Positions 56,580 to 64,000 of a stretch of DNA of 64,000 nt are shown here, piece after piece; position 1 is the stretch's first letter; each line of letters opens with the position of its first letter. The position numbers and the translations under genes were made by a program. Source of the stretch: Gemmatimonadales bacterium (lineage in GTDB: Bacteria > Gemmatimonadota > Gemmatimonadetes > Gemmatimonadales > GWC2-71-9); NCBI GenBank assembly GCA_036377715.1, contig DASUXW010000226.1, positions 1,916 through 65,915 on the forward strand, in the 5' to 3' direction. The notes beneath the pieces are model-generated. The model did not search any database and was not told the origin of the DNA. It saw only the letters and a list, made by a program, of their open reading frames with translations.

Positions 56580-57932
56580 TCAGATCCCCGTCGGGTAGGT
56601 CTCCGGCGGCTCGCCCGCCTGCCAGCCCTGGGTGAGATCGAGCGGCTCGACCGCGGCCGTCTCGTCGAAGTGGAGCACCGCGTCGAACTGGTCGGCCATG
56701 CGCGCCGTGAAATAGTGGCTCTGCCGCTCGGTGCGGGGCCGGTAGACCACCCCGATCGCCCGCTCGAGCCGGGGCGGCGTCAGCGCCGCCGCCGCCTCGC
56801 TGCCGCGGATCGGCAGCAGGAAATCCGGAGCCCCCTCGGCGTGGAGCCCGTGGAACAGCGCTTCGTAGCTCTCCCGCAGCGCCGGGCGCACGTTCTTCCG
56901 CTCGGCGGGCGCATCCCAGTCGGATGCCGCGGTCACCGTGCCCGTGTAGGTGCTGAACCCGATCAGCACGGCGTCCGTCCCGTGCCGCTCGCGGACCAGC
57001 TGACCGATGTTCCATTCGCCTTCCTCGCCCATTGCGGTCGCGCGCGCGTCGCCGATGTGCGAGTTGTGCTCCCAAACCACCGCCTTGGTGCGGCCGCCGC
57101 GCTGGTCGAAGTGAGCGAGCAGCGCCTCGAGCGTTTCCGCCATGTGCCGGTCGCGGAGGTTCCAGGAGGAGATCCGGCCCCGGAACATCGTCCGGTAGTA
57201 CTCCTCGGCATTGGCCACCAGCCGCGCGTTCTGCTCGGCATAGAAGTATTCGTCTTCGGGGATCCTGCCATCGCGCCGGGAGAGGTCCGCGGCGCGCCGC
57301 TGCAGCTCGCGGAGCTGCTGCACGGCCTGGTCCTCGCAGGACGGGGTGATGCCGAACCCCGCCGCGTATCCGTACGCCTGCGTGTCCTCGCCGAAGTGCT
57401 CGAAACACGCGTAGCGATACCTCGCCCGCGCGGCGGCCTCGGGGTCCACCTCGTCGAGGTAGCCCAGCACCGCTTCGATCGAGGTGAAGAGCGAGTACAG
57501 ATCCAGCCCGTAGAACCCCACCTGGCGGGCGGAGGGACTCAGCCCGGCGTTGTGCTCGCGGAGGTTCGTGATGAACTCGAGCACATCCCGATTGCGCCAC
57601 ATCCAGCGCGGGAACCGGTTGAAGCCGTCCAGCGCCTCGGTCGGGGAGCCGTCCTCGTCGGCGCCCCGCACCCAGCGGTTCACCCGGTACGCGTCCGGCC
57701 AGTCGGCCTCCACCGCCACTACCGTGAAGCCGCGCTCCTCGATCAGCCGCCGCGTGATCCTGGCGCGCTCGCGATAGAACTCGTGCGTGCCGTGGCTCGC
57801 TTCGCCCAGGAGCACGAGCCGGGCGTCGCCGATCAGGTCAAGCAGGGCATCGTAGTCTTCGGCGGCGCCGGTGAGCGGCTGGACGAGAGAAGAGAGAGTT
57901 CCGGCGGGCGGCGCCGCCATCGCGCGTGCCAT
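56580..57932 (-). CDS. Erythromycin esterase family protein
   Basis: VLLGEASHGTHEFYRERARITRRLIEERGFTVVAVEADWPDAYRVNRWV...VVWEHNSHIGD. An AAGGAG SD lies 6 nt before ATG 57932. Its stop abuts the convergent stop at 56579. Confidence 0.88.
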   Translation of the reverse strand: MARAMAAPPAGTLSSLVQPLTGAAEDYDALLDLIGDARLVLLGEASHGTHEFYRERARITRRLIEERGFTVVAVEADWPDAYRVNRWVRGADEDGSPTEALDGFNRFPRWMWRNRDVLEFITNLREHNAGLSPSARQVGFYGLDLYSLFTSIEAVLGYLDEVDPEAAARARYRYACFEHFGEDTQAYGYAAGFGITPSCEDQAVQQLRELQRRAADLSRRDGRIPEDEYFYAEQNARLVANAEEYYRTMFRGRISSWNLRDRHMAETLEALLAHFDQRGGRTKAVVWEHNSHIGDARATAMGEEGEWNIGQLVRERHGTDAVLIGFSTYTGTVTAASDWDAPAERKNVRPALRESYEALFHGLHAEGAPDFLLPIRGSEAAAALTPPRLERAIGVVYRPRTERQSHYFTARMADQFDAVLHFDETAAVEPLDLTQGWQAGEPPETYPTGI

Positions 57933-58025
57933 ATCCTGCTCCTTCATGAGTCGGCTGCATGGATAGACCGCCTGCCGCGCGGTTGATGTGAGCGCGCTCA
58001 CCCGGACGGGCGTTATCTTCCCGGC

Positions 58026-58511
58026 ATGAAGATCCGGGGGCTCGTTCCGCTGCTGATCGTGCTCGCCGCGTGCGGCAAGCCGGCCGACCGTGGCAACGCC
58101 GCGTGCGGCCTCGCGGCGCTGGCCGGGCCGACCGCCCTCCTCACCCAGTTCAGCGTTCCCCGCCAGACGCTGAGCGTCCCGCCGCGCGCACTTCCCGAGC
58201 GCCTCGTCGCCCGCGTGGTGGCCGGGCCCGCGCTGCCGGCGATCGTGGGGCGCTCGGACTCGCAGCTGGTGGTCGGGGTGGACGGCACGGTTCCTTCCAC
58301 CGTGCGGCCGGGCTACGGTGTGCTGGTGCTGGATACCAGCGGCAAGGCGCGGGGCGTCATGCTCTACGAAGGGCTGCCGGTCGAGGGCGCCCCGCAGATC
58401 GGAACCGTGAGCGCCGGCGACACGACGCTGCCGCTCATCGGCATTCAGCTCGATCCCTCGCGCATCGAAGATCCCCGCTGCCCCTTCTTTCCCGATTCGG
58501 TGCTGCCGTGA
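58026..58511 (+). CDS. Lipoprotein, hypothetical
   Basis: MKIRGLVPLLIVLAACGK is a signal peptide with a lipobox. Composition is ordinary. Confidence 0.7.
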   Translation: MKIRGLVPLLIVLAACGKPADRGNAACGLAALAGPTALLTQFSVPRQTLSVPPRALPERLVARVVAGPALPAIVGRSDSQLVVGVDGTVPSTVRPGYGVLVLDTSGKARGVMLYEGLPVEGAPQIGTVSAGDTTLPLIGIQLDPSRIEDPRCPFFPDSVLP

Positions 58512-59302
58512 GCGCGCCCCGGATAGGGATAAGTGGGGTGGTCCGGAGCTGGGACGGCGCCGAGCGAACCGGGGTGAACGGGGCCTACCTGCGCTCGGTG
58601 CTCGCGGCCGGGGGAGTGCCGGTCATCCTCTCTCCGTTGCTCGGGCCGTCCTTCGCGCCGCGCGCGCTCGACGGGCTCGACGCGCTGCTGCTCACCGGCG
58701 GCGAGGACATCGATCCTGCGTGGTACGGCGCGGACCCGTCACCTCACGATCAGCCGCCCAGCCGCGAGCGGGACCTGTTCGAGCTCGCGCTGTTCGCGAC
58801 GGCAAGACAGCGCGAGCTGCCGATCCTCGGGATCTGCCGCGGCATTCAGATGGTCAACGTGGCGCTTGGCGGCACCCTGTTTCAGCACCTGCCCGCGCAA
58901 CGGCCGGGGCCGGTCCGGCATGACCCCGACGGGGGACGGGAGGCCCGGTCGCATGCGGTCCGGCTCTCGGCGGGCAGCCGGGCCGCCGCCGCACTGGGGA
59001 GCACGCTGCTGTCGGTGAACTCGATCCACCATCAGGGCGTGGACCGGTTGGGCAGCGGTCTGGTGGCGTCGGGATGGAGCGAGGACGGACTGGTGGAGGC
59101 AGTGGAATCGGCGGCCGGCGCACCGTGGCTCCTGGCGGTGCAGTGGCACCCCGAGGAGATGCACGCGGACCGGGCGGCTCCCGAGCGCGGCCTGTTCCGC
59201 GCGCTGATCGAGGCCGCGGCAGCTACATCGCGCCCAGATCCCGCAGAATTCGATCGGGAGACTGGTACCCCGGAAAGAGCAGGCGGTCACTCACCCCGTT
59301 GA
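58508..59302 (+). CDS. Class I glutamine amidotransferase / peptidase C26 (gamma-glutamyl-GABA hydrolase-like)
   Basis: GTGA overlap. LLLTGGEDIDP...ILGICRGIQMVNVALGGTL...NSIHHQGV...AVQWHPE. Confidence 0.85.
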   Translation: MSAPRIGISGVVRSWDGAERTGVNGAYLRSVLAAGGVPVILSPLLGPSFAPRALDGLDALLLTGGEDIDPAWYGADPSPHDQPPSRERDLFELALFATARQRELPILGICRGIQMVNVALGGTLFQHLPAQRPGPVRHDPDGGREARSHAVRLSAGSRAAAALGSTLLSVNSIHHQGVDRLGSGLVASGWSEDGLVEAVESAAGAPWLLAVQWHPEEMHADRAAPERGLFRALIEAAAATSRPDPAEFDRETGTPERAGGHSPR

Positions 59303-59933
59303 GCGCGGCACGGACGGACGGAAAGCGCTCGGCCGCGGTGCGGAAGACGGCCACCAGCCCGTACTGGCCGGCGAGCACATGATCGGATGCCATCCCGAAC
59401 CCGCGGCGCCCCATGGCGTCGTAGTAGGCCACGTTGGGCCCCGCTTTGCGCAGGTGCCGCGCGGCGATATAATCGGGGAACAGACCGGCCAGCCAGAGCG
59501 CGTAGTTCCCGAGATGGGTCATGATGCGAAAGCGGCGTTCGCCTCCGCTCGCTTCGAGGTCGGCCAGGATGTCGACCAGATAGCGATGCCGCTGGTCGTC
59601 GTGCCAGTCGATCCGCCACGCCCGATCGCGCTGCCCGAATTCGAGCAGCAGGGCCGCCAGATAGTCGGCGAGTTCGCGATCGTCGATGCCGGCCTTGCGG
59701 AGCGTGTGGCGGACAACGACGTAGAAGAACAGCGCCTCGGACGGCACCAGCATCGTCCGCACCGTGAGGAGCCGCTCGAGCAGATCGGGCGCGTCGAGGA
59801 GCGGATCGGGCCCCTCCGTCGCCAGCCGCCGCTCGAGGGACGCCCGCCGATGCGCGGAACCCCGGCTCAATAGCAGGATCACCAGATGCAGGTCCGCCGC
59901 AGTCAGGCGGCCCCGCGTATTCGCCTGGATCAT
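59223..59933 (-). CDS. Hypothetical protein (236 aa)
   Basis: Internal ATG with a strong AGGAGG SD. Composition is ordinary. I recognise no domain. Its 3' end overlaps the convergent C26 gene by 80 nt. Confidence 0.65.
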   Translation of the reverse strand: MIQANTRGRLTAADLHLVILLLSRGSAHRRASLERRLATEGPDPLLDAPDLLERLLTVRTMLVPSEALFFYVVVRHTLRKAGIDDRELADYLAALLLEFGQRDRAWRIDWHDDQRHRYLVDILADLEASGGERRFRIMTHLGNYALWLAGLFPDYIAARHLRKAGPNVAYYDAMGRRGFGMASDHVLAGQYGLVAVFRTAAERFPSVRAALNGVSDRLLFPGYQSPDRILRDLGAM

Positions 59934-61890
59934 GGCCACTCCTCCTTCCAATCTAGCCGCGGCCGCCGGCGCCGACGACCTCGCGCTGCTCCGCCGTGTG
60001 ACCGCCTTCGGCCACGAGCTGGCCGGCACCCTCCGCCGCGCCTCGGTGATCGACCTCCTGATGCGCCACATCCGGGAGTGTCTCGCGCCCACCGAAATCG
60101 CGCTCGCGCTGTTTCATGGCGACGCCGACGCTCGCGACTTCGTGCAGGCCTGGCCCACGGGGCGTCCCGACCGGCGTCCGCTGCTGCAACTGGTCGAGAC
60201 CCGCGGGCCGATGCTGCTGCCCGACGGACTGGGGCGGCTGGTCGAGTCGGGCGAGCTCCCTCCGCAGGCCGACGCCCCCGGGTCCTGGCTGCTCGTGCCG
60301 TTCGTCGCGCGCGGGCGGGTGTCGGGCGCCGTGGCCATCGGCGGGGAGGCCGGACGGTTCGGGCCGTCCTCGCTCCGCCTGCTCGAGGGGCTCGTGTCCC
60401 AGGCCAGCATCGCCCTCGAGAGCGCCCGCCTGGTGGACCTCCACGACGACGGCCGCCGGTCCTGGCAGGAGGTGGTGGATGCCATCGCGCCCGCGCTCTG
60501 CATCGTGGATCGCGGCGGCCGCATCCGCCGGGCCAACCGCGCATTCGCCGATCTGGTCAATGCCCCGCCGGCGAGCCTCATCGGAAGGCCCTGGCAGGCC
60601 TTCGTGCCGCCGGAGTGGTCGGGGGAGCTGCAGCGGGCGCTCGATCAGCAAGGAGCGGGCCGCGAGGTCGATCTGCGCACCGGCGACCGCACCTATGCGG
60701 TCACCGCGGTGCCGATCAACAGCACCGACCGCTCCACGCTGGTCCTCCTGTTCGATGACCAGACCGAGCGCCGCCGGCTCCAGGACCAGCTCATCCAGTC
60801 GGAGAAGCTCTCCGCGATCGGGCAGCTCATCGCCGGCATCGCGCACGACCTCAACAATCCGCTCGCGTCGGTGGTCGGCTTCGCCGACTTCCTCACCGAG
60901 GTACCGCACGTGCCGCCGACGCTGCGGGAGCCGCTCACGGTGATCCAGGAGGAGGCCGAGCGGGCGTCCAACATCGTCAAGAACCTGCTGAGCTTCGCCC
61001 GGAAGCAGGAGCACCAGCGCCGGCCCACCGCGCTCAGCCCCCTGCTCGATGCCACCTTCGTGCTGCTGCGAAACCAGCTCATGGCGCATCGGGTCGAGGC
61101 GCGGATCGAGGTCGAGCCCGAGCTGCCGATGCCCGACATCGATCCGAACCAGATCCAGCAGGTCTTCGTCAACCTCATCAACAACGCCGCGCAGGCGATC
61201 GCGAGCACCGGACGCCCGGGACACGTCCTGGTGCGCGCCCGCCGCTGGCTCGACGGCGTGGCCATCGACGTGATCGACGACGGGCCCGGGATGTCCGAGC
61301 CGGTCGCGGCGCAGGTGTTCGAGCCGTTCTTCACCACCAAGCCCGAGGGCGAAGGCACCGGGCTGGGCCTGTCGATCAGCCAGGGCATCCTGCGCGAGCA
61401 CGGCGGCCGCATCATGCTCTCGACCGAAGAGGGACGCGGATCGACCTTCACCGTCCAGCTTCCGCTCGCCAGCCAGCCTCCGGAGCCCGCACCCGAGGCC
61501 GGCGTCGGCCCCGCGACCAGGCGGCTTCGCGTGCTCGTGGTGGACGACGAGCCGCACATCCTGCACTACATGCGCGCCACGCTGGAGGCGTGGGGACACA
61601 TCCCCGTAGTCGCGCGGAACGGCCGCGAGGGGCTCGAGCTCACGGAACGCGAGACGTTCGACCTGGTGATCTCCGATCTCCGCATGCCGGAGCTCGGGGG
61701 CCGGGAATTCTATGAGGAGCTGGCCCGGCGCCGGCCCGCCATGGCCGACCGACTGGTCTTCAGCACCGGCGACACGGTGCGTGGCGACACCCTCGCCTTC
61801 CTCGAGAGCATCGATCGACCCTACCTGCACAAGCCGTTCAGCCTCGCCGAGCTTCGCACGCTGCTCGCCGCCGTGGCCCGGGAGGCGTGA
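59932..61890 (+). CDS. Cytoplasmic hybrid sensor histidine kinase (GAF-PAS-HisKA-HATPase-REC)
   Basis: H-box IAHDLNNPLASV, N-box NLINNAAQA, G1 DDGPGM, G2 GEGTGLGLSIS. The receiver is VLVVDDEPHI...DLVISDLRMPELGG...KPF. No TM segment. The start is uncertain. Confidence 0.88.
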   Translation: MATPPSNLAAAAGADDLALLRRVTAFGHELAGTLRRASVIDLLMRHIRECLAPTEIALALFHGDADARDFVQAWPTGRPDRRPLLQLVETRGPMLLPDGLGRLVESGELPPQADAPGSWLLVPFVARGRVSGAVAIGGEAGRFGPSSLRLLEGLVSQASIALESARLVDLHDDGRRSWQEVVDAIAPALCIVDRGGRIRRANRAFADLVNAPPASLIGRPWQAFVPPEWSGELQRALDQQGAGREVDLRTGDRTYAVTAVPINSTDRSTLVLLFDDQTERRRLQDQLIQSEKLSAIGQLIAGIAHDLNNPLASVVGFADFLTEVPHVPPTLREPLTVIQEEAERASNIVKNLLSFARKQEHQRRPTALSPLLDATFVLLRNQLMAHRVEARIEVEPELPMPDIDPNQIQQVFVNLINNAAQAIASTGRPGHVLVRARRWLDGVAIDVIDDGPGMSEPVAAQVFEPFFTTKPEGEGTGLGLSISQGILREHGGRIMLSTEEGRGSTFTVQLPLASQPPEPAPEAGVGPATRRLRVLVVDDEPHILHYMRATLEAWGHIPVVARNGREGLELTERETFDLVISDLRMPELGGREFYEELARRRPAMADRLVFSTGDTVRGDTLAFLESIDRPYLHKPFSLAELRTLLAAVAREA

Positions 61891-62960
61891 GCACGCGGGT
61901 CGTCCACGTGGCCTCCGGGCGCGAGTGGCGCGGCGGCCAGCGACAGGTGTGGCTGCTCGCGCGCGAGCTGGCGCGGTCGGGTGGCGTGGAGCAGGTGGTG
62001 GTGACCGGCCGTGGGAGCGAGCTGGCGCGGCGGCTCGCGCGCGACGGCGTTCGCATACGGGCGGTGCCGTGGACGATGGGGCTCGACCCGCGTGTCCTGC
62101 CGGGGCTGGTCGCGGAGCTGCTCGCCGCGCCGGCCGTGGCCCACGCACACGACGCGCACGCGCTCACGCTGGCCGGCGTGGGGACGCGCCTCGCCGCGGG
62201 GCCGCTCGTGGTCACCCGGCGAGTGGACTTCCACTTGCGCGGGCCGGGCTTCTGGACCCGTGCCGACCGCGTCATCGCCATCTCCCGCGCGGTGGCGCGG
62301 GTGCTGATCGAGGACGGAGTGCCCGCAGACCGGGTCACGATCATCCCCTCCGGCATCTCGCTGGAGGACGTCCGCTCCACCCCGCGGCTCGGCATCCGGC
62401 CGTGGCTCGGGATCAGCCAGGATGCCGCGATCGCCGCCACGGTCGGCGCGCTGGTGCCGCACAAGGACCACGCGACGCTGCTGCGGGCGGCGGCACACCT
62501 GACCGCGCGATTCCCGTCACTGCACTGGGTGATCGCCGGAGACGGCCCCGAGCGGCCGGTGCTCGAGCGGCTCACGGCCGAGCTCGGGCTCCGCGATCGA
62601 GTGCACCTCGTCGGCTACCTGGAAGACCCCGCCCGGCTCATTGCCGATGCCGACCTCTTCGTGATGAGCTCCCGGGAGGAGGGACTCGGCACGTCGGTGC
62701 TGGAGGCCATGGCCCTTGGCATCCCGGTTGCATCTACCGCCGCGGGCGGTCTTCCCGAGATGCTCGTTGACGGTGCGGGGCTGCTCGCCCCTCCAGGCGA
62801 TCCGAGGGCGCTCGCCGAGGCGATGGCTCGACTGATCGAAGATCCCGGGCTCGCCCGTTCGGTGGCCCAACAGGCCGCCGTGAACCTCACGCGGTTCACG
62901 GCGGCGCGCATGGCAGAGGCGGTCCGGTCCGTGTATCGTTCCTGCGCCCCATTTACTTGA
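61887..62960 (+). CDS. Glycosyltransferase family 4 (GT-B)
   Basis: GTGA overlap with the kinase stop. HVASGREWRGGQRQV..., and the EX7E region SREEGLGTSVLEAMALGIPV. Confidence 0.88.
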   Translation: MSTRVVHVASGREWRGGQRQVWLLARELARSGGVEQVVVTGRGSELARRLARDGVRIRAVPWTMGLDPRVLPGLVAELLAAPAVAHAHDAHALTLAGVGTRLAAGPLVVTRRVDFHLRGPGFWTRADRVIAISRAVARVLIEDGVPADRVTIIPSGISLEDVRSTPRLGIRPWLGISQDAAIAATVGALVPHKDHATLLRAAAHLTARFPSLHWVIAGDGPERPVLERLTAELGLRDRVHLVGYLEDPARLIADADLFVMSSREEGLGTSVLEAMALGIPVASTAAGGLPEMLVDGAGLLAPPGDPRALAEAMARLIEDPGLARSVAQQAAVNLTRFTAARMAEAVRSVYRSCAPFT

Positions 62961-62966
62961 CGGATC

Positions 62967-63755
62967 ATGATTTACGTTTGCATACCGAGCTACAACGAGG
63001 CGACGACGGTGGGCCTCCTGCTGTGGAAGATCCGGCAGGTGTTCGCGGCGTTCCCTCGAGAGTACCACTTGCTCGTGCTGGACGATGCGAGCACCGATTC
63101 CACGGCCGATGTGCTCGAGCCGTACAGCCGGGTGCTCCCGCTCACGGTGCTCCGGCACGGTGAGCGGGAGGGCTACGCACGCTCGGCCGAGGAGCTGCTC
63201 CGGCGGGCCGTGGAGCTGACCGACCGCCCGAAGCGCGACGCGGCCATCCTCATGCATGCCGACTTCACCCACAATCCGCAGCTCATCCCCGACCTCGTGC
63301 GCCGCATCGAAAGCGGGGCCGATCTCGTGGTGGCCGAGGGCCGGCTGACCGGCGAGCCTTCGTGGCGGCGGCGGGTCGCGCGGCGGCACGCGCCGCTCCT
63401 GCTCCGCGGCGTCGTGACCGTGCCCGGGGTGCGCGACCTCGTCACCGGATTCGCGGCGATCCGGCTGGTGGCGCTCCGGAACGCGCTTCGGAGCCAGACC
63501 GACCGGCTGCTCGTCACCGAGGGCTGGGCCGCCAATGCAGAGCTCTATTGGCGCACCGCGCGCTACTCGCGACGGGTCGAAACCGTCGCGTCCGTCGAGC
63601 GGCACGATCTGCGGAGTCGTCCCTCGCGCGCCCAGGTGCGCGAGCTCGCCGCGGAGCTCTGGCGGGCGCGCCGTGCCCTGCGCGCGGCTCCGGTGCCCCC
63701 GGGGACACCGGAGCCCCCGAGCCGGCGTGAGCTCGAGGCCGGCGTCGCGTCGTGA
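62967..63755 (+). CDS. Glycosyltransferase family 2 (polyprenol-phosphate glycosyltransferase-like)
   Basis: IYVCIPSYNEATTVG...LVLDDASTDST... Confidence 0.85.
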   Translation: MIYVCIPSYNEATTVGLLLWKIRQVFAAFPREYHLLVLDDASTDSTADVLEPYSRVLPLTVLRHGEREGYARSAEELLRRAVELTDRPKRDAAILMHADFTHNPQLIPDLVRRIESGADLVVAEGRLTGEPSWRRRVARRHAPLLLRGVVTVPGVRDLVTGFAAIRLVALRNALRSQTDRLLVTEGWAANAELYWRTARYSRRVETVASVERHDLRSRPSRAQVRELAAELWRARRALRAAPVPPGTPEPPSRRELEAGVAS

Positions 63756-64000
63756 TGAGGTCGCTCCTGCTCGCGCTCTCGCTCGTTCAGGGCAGCGGCG
63801 ATCCGCCCGCGCCTCACTATCCCTGGGCCGTGGGCGAGACGCTGACCTATTCGGCCAAGCTGGGCATGCTCTCGCTCGGCTCCGGCACGCTCCAGGTGGC
63901 GGGGATCGATACCGTGCGCGGGGCAGAATCGTTCCGGTTCCGCTTTCGGCTCACCGGGAAGACGGTGTTCTACTCCCTGGACGACGTGCTGGAGTCGTAC
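63755..64000 (+). CDS. DUF3108-like secreted protein (N-terminal 82 codons; runs off the right edge)
   Basis: Not in the track because it is edge-truncated. TGATG junction. MRSLLLALSLVQGSG...YPWAVGETLTYSAKLGMLSLGSGTLQVAGIDTVRG resembles the DUF3108 N-terminus. Confidence 0.55.
   Translation, partial: MRSLLLALSLVQGSGDPPAPHYPWAVGETLTYSAKLGMLSLGSGTLQVAGIDTVRGAESFRFRFRLTGKTVFYSLDDVLESY

Overview
This is a high-GC (about 70%), densely coding bacterial chromosomal segment with about 62 protein genes. I found no rRNA, tRNA, CRISPR array, transposase, integrase or prophage genes. The outer-membrane beta-barrel receptor, lipoproteins and TolB-like propeller point to a diderm, high-GC lineage such as Gemmatimonadota, Acidobacteriota or Myxococcota. 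I cannot assign taxonomy from the sequence alone.

Most genes form tight operons with 4-nt ATGA or GTGA stop/start overlaps. Many ORFs in the track are antisense or out-of-frame shadows typical of high-GC DNA, and I did not call them.

Gene content from left to right:
- Histidine phosphatase, MsbA-like ABC exporter and class I aminotransferase
- A DEAD-box-like protein with degenerate motifs
- tdk and coaE, then gcvH, gcvP and a lipoate ligase-like gene
- A five-gene peptide ABC importer
- CsbD, CsaA, M55 D-aminopeptidase and a Rieske/FAD reductase
- uppS, a winged-helix regulator with a membrane protein, and mscL
- A TolB-like lipoprotein with a TonB-dependent receptor
- A stress-type cluster: TrxR-like, two SRPBCC genes and a small acidic ORF
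- A glycan cluster: GT, UGM-like flavoprotein, two GH1-like genes and GH2
- A half-size TauE, PEBP and SodC operon
- The ligase-associated DNA damage response cassette: exonuclease, ligase, DEXH helicase and PdeM
- A GT-C membrane protein, then cydAB with a GNAT gene
- POT peptide transporter, DUF1028, and a HIT, GGR-like and HD operon
- Erythromycin-esterase-like protein and a C26 amidotransferase
- A hybrid histidine kinase coupled to GT4, GT2 and DUF3108 genes

Most interesting observations:
1. The ligase in the damage-response cassette has lost its motif I lysine (EWKWDG became EWLWVG), and an extra zinc-ribbon/MBL-fold gene is inserted in the cassette.
2. A DEAD-box/DbpA-like protein has every catalytic motif degenerate.
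3. A family of long hairpins has arms built from tandem 7-8-nt units. Three of them fill entire intergenic spacers, and a fourth brackets the start of the DUF1028 gene.

Start codons chosen by hand inside track ORFs are in frame with the track. Coordinates of non-coding features may be off by 1-2 nt.
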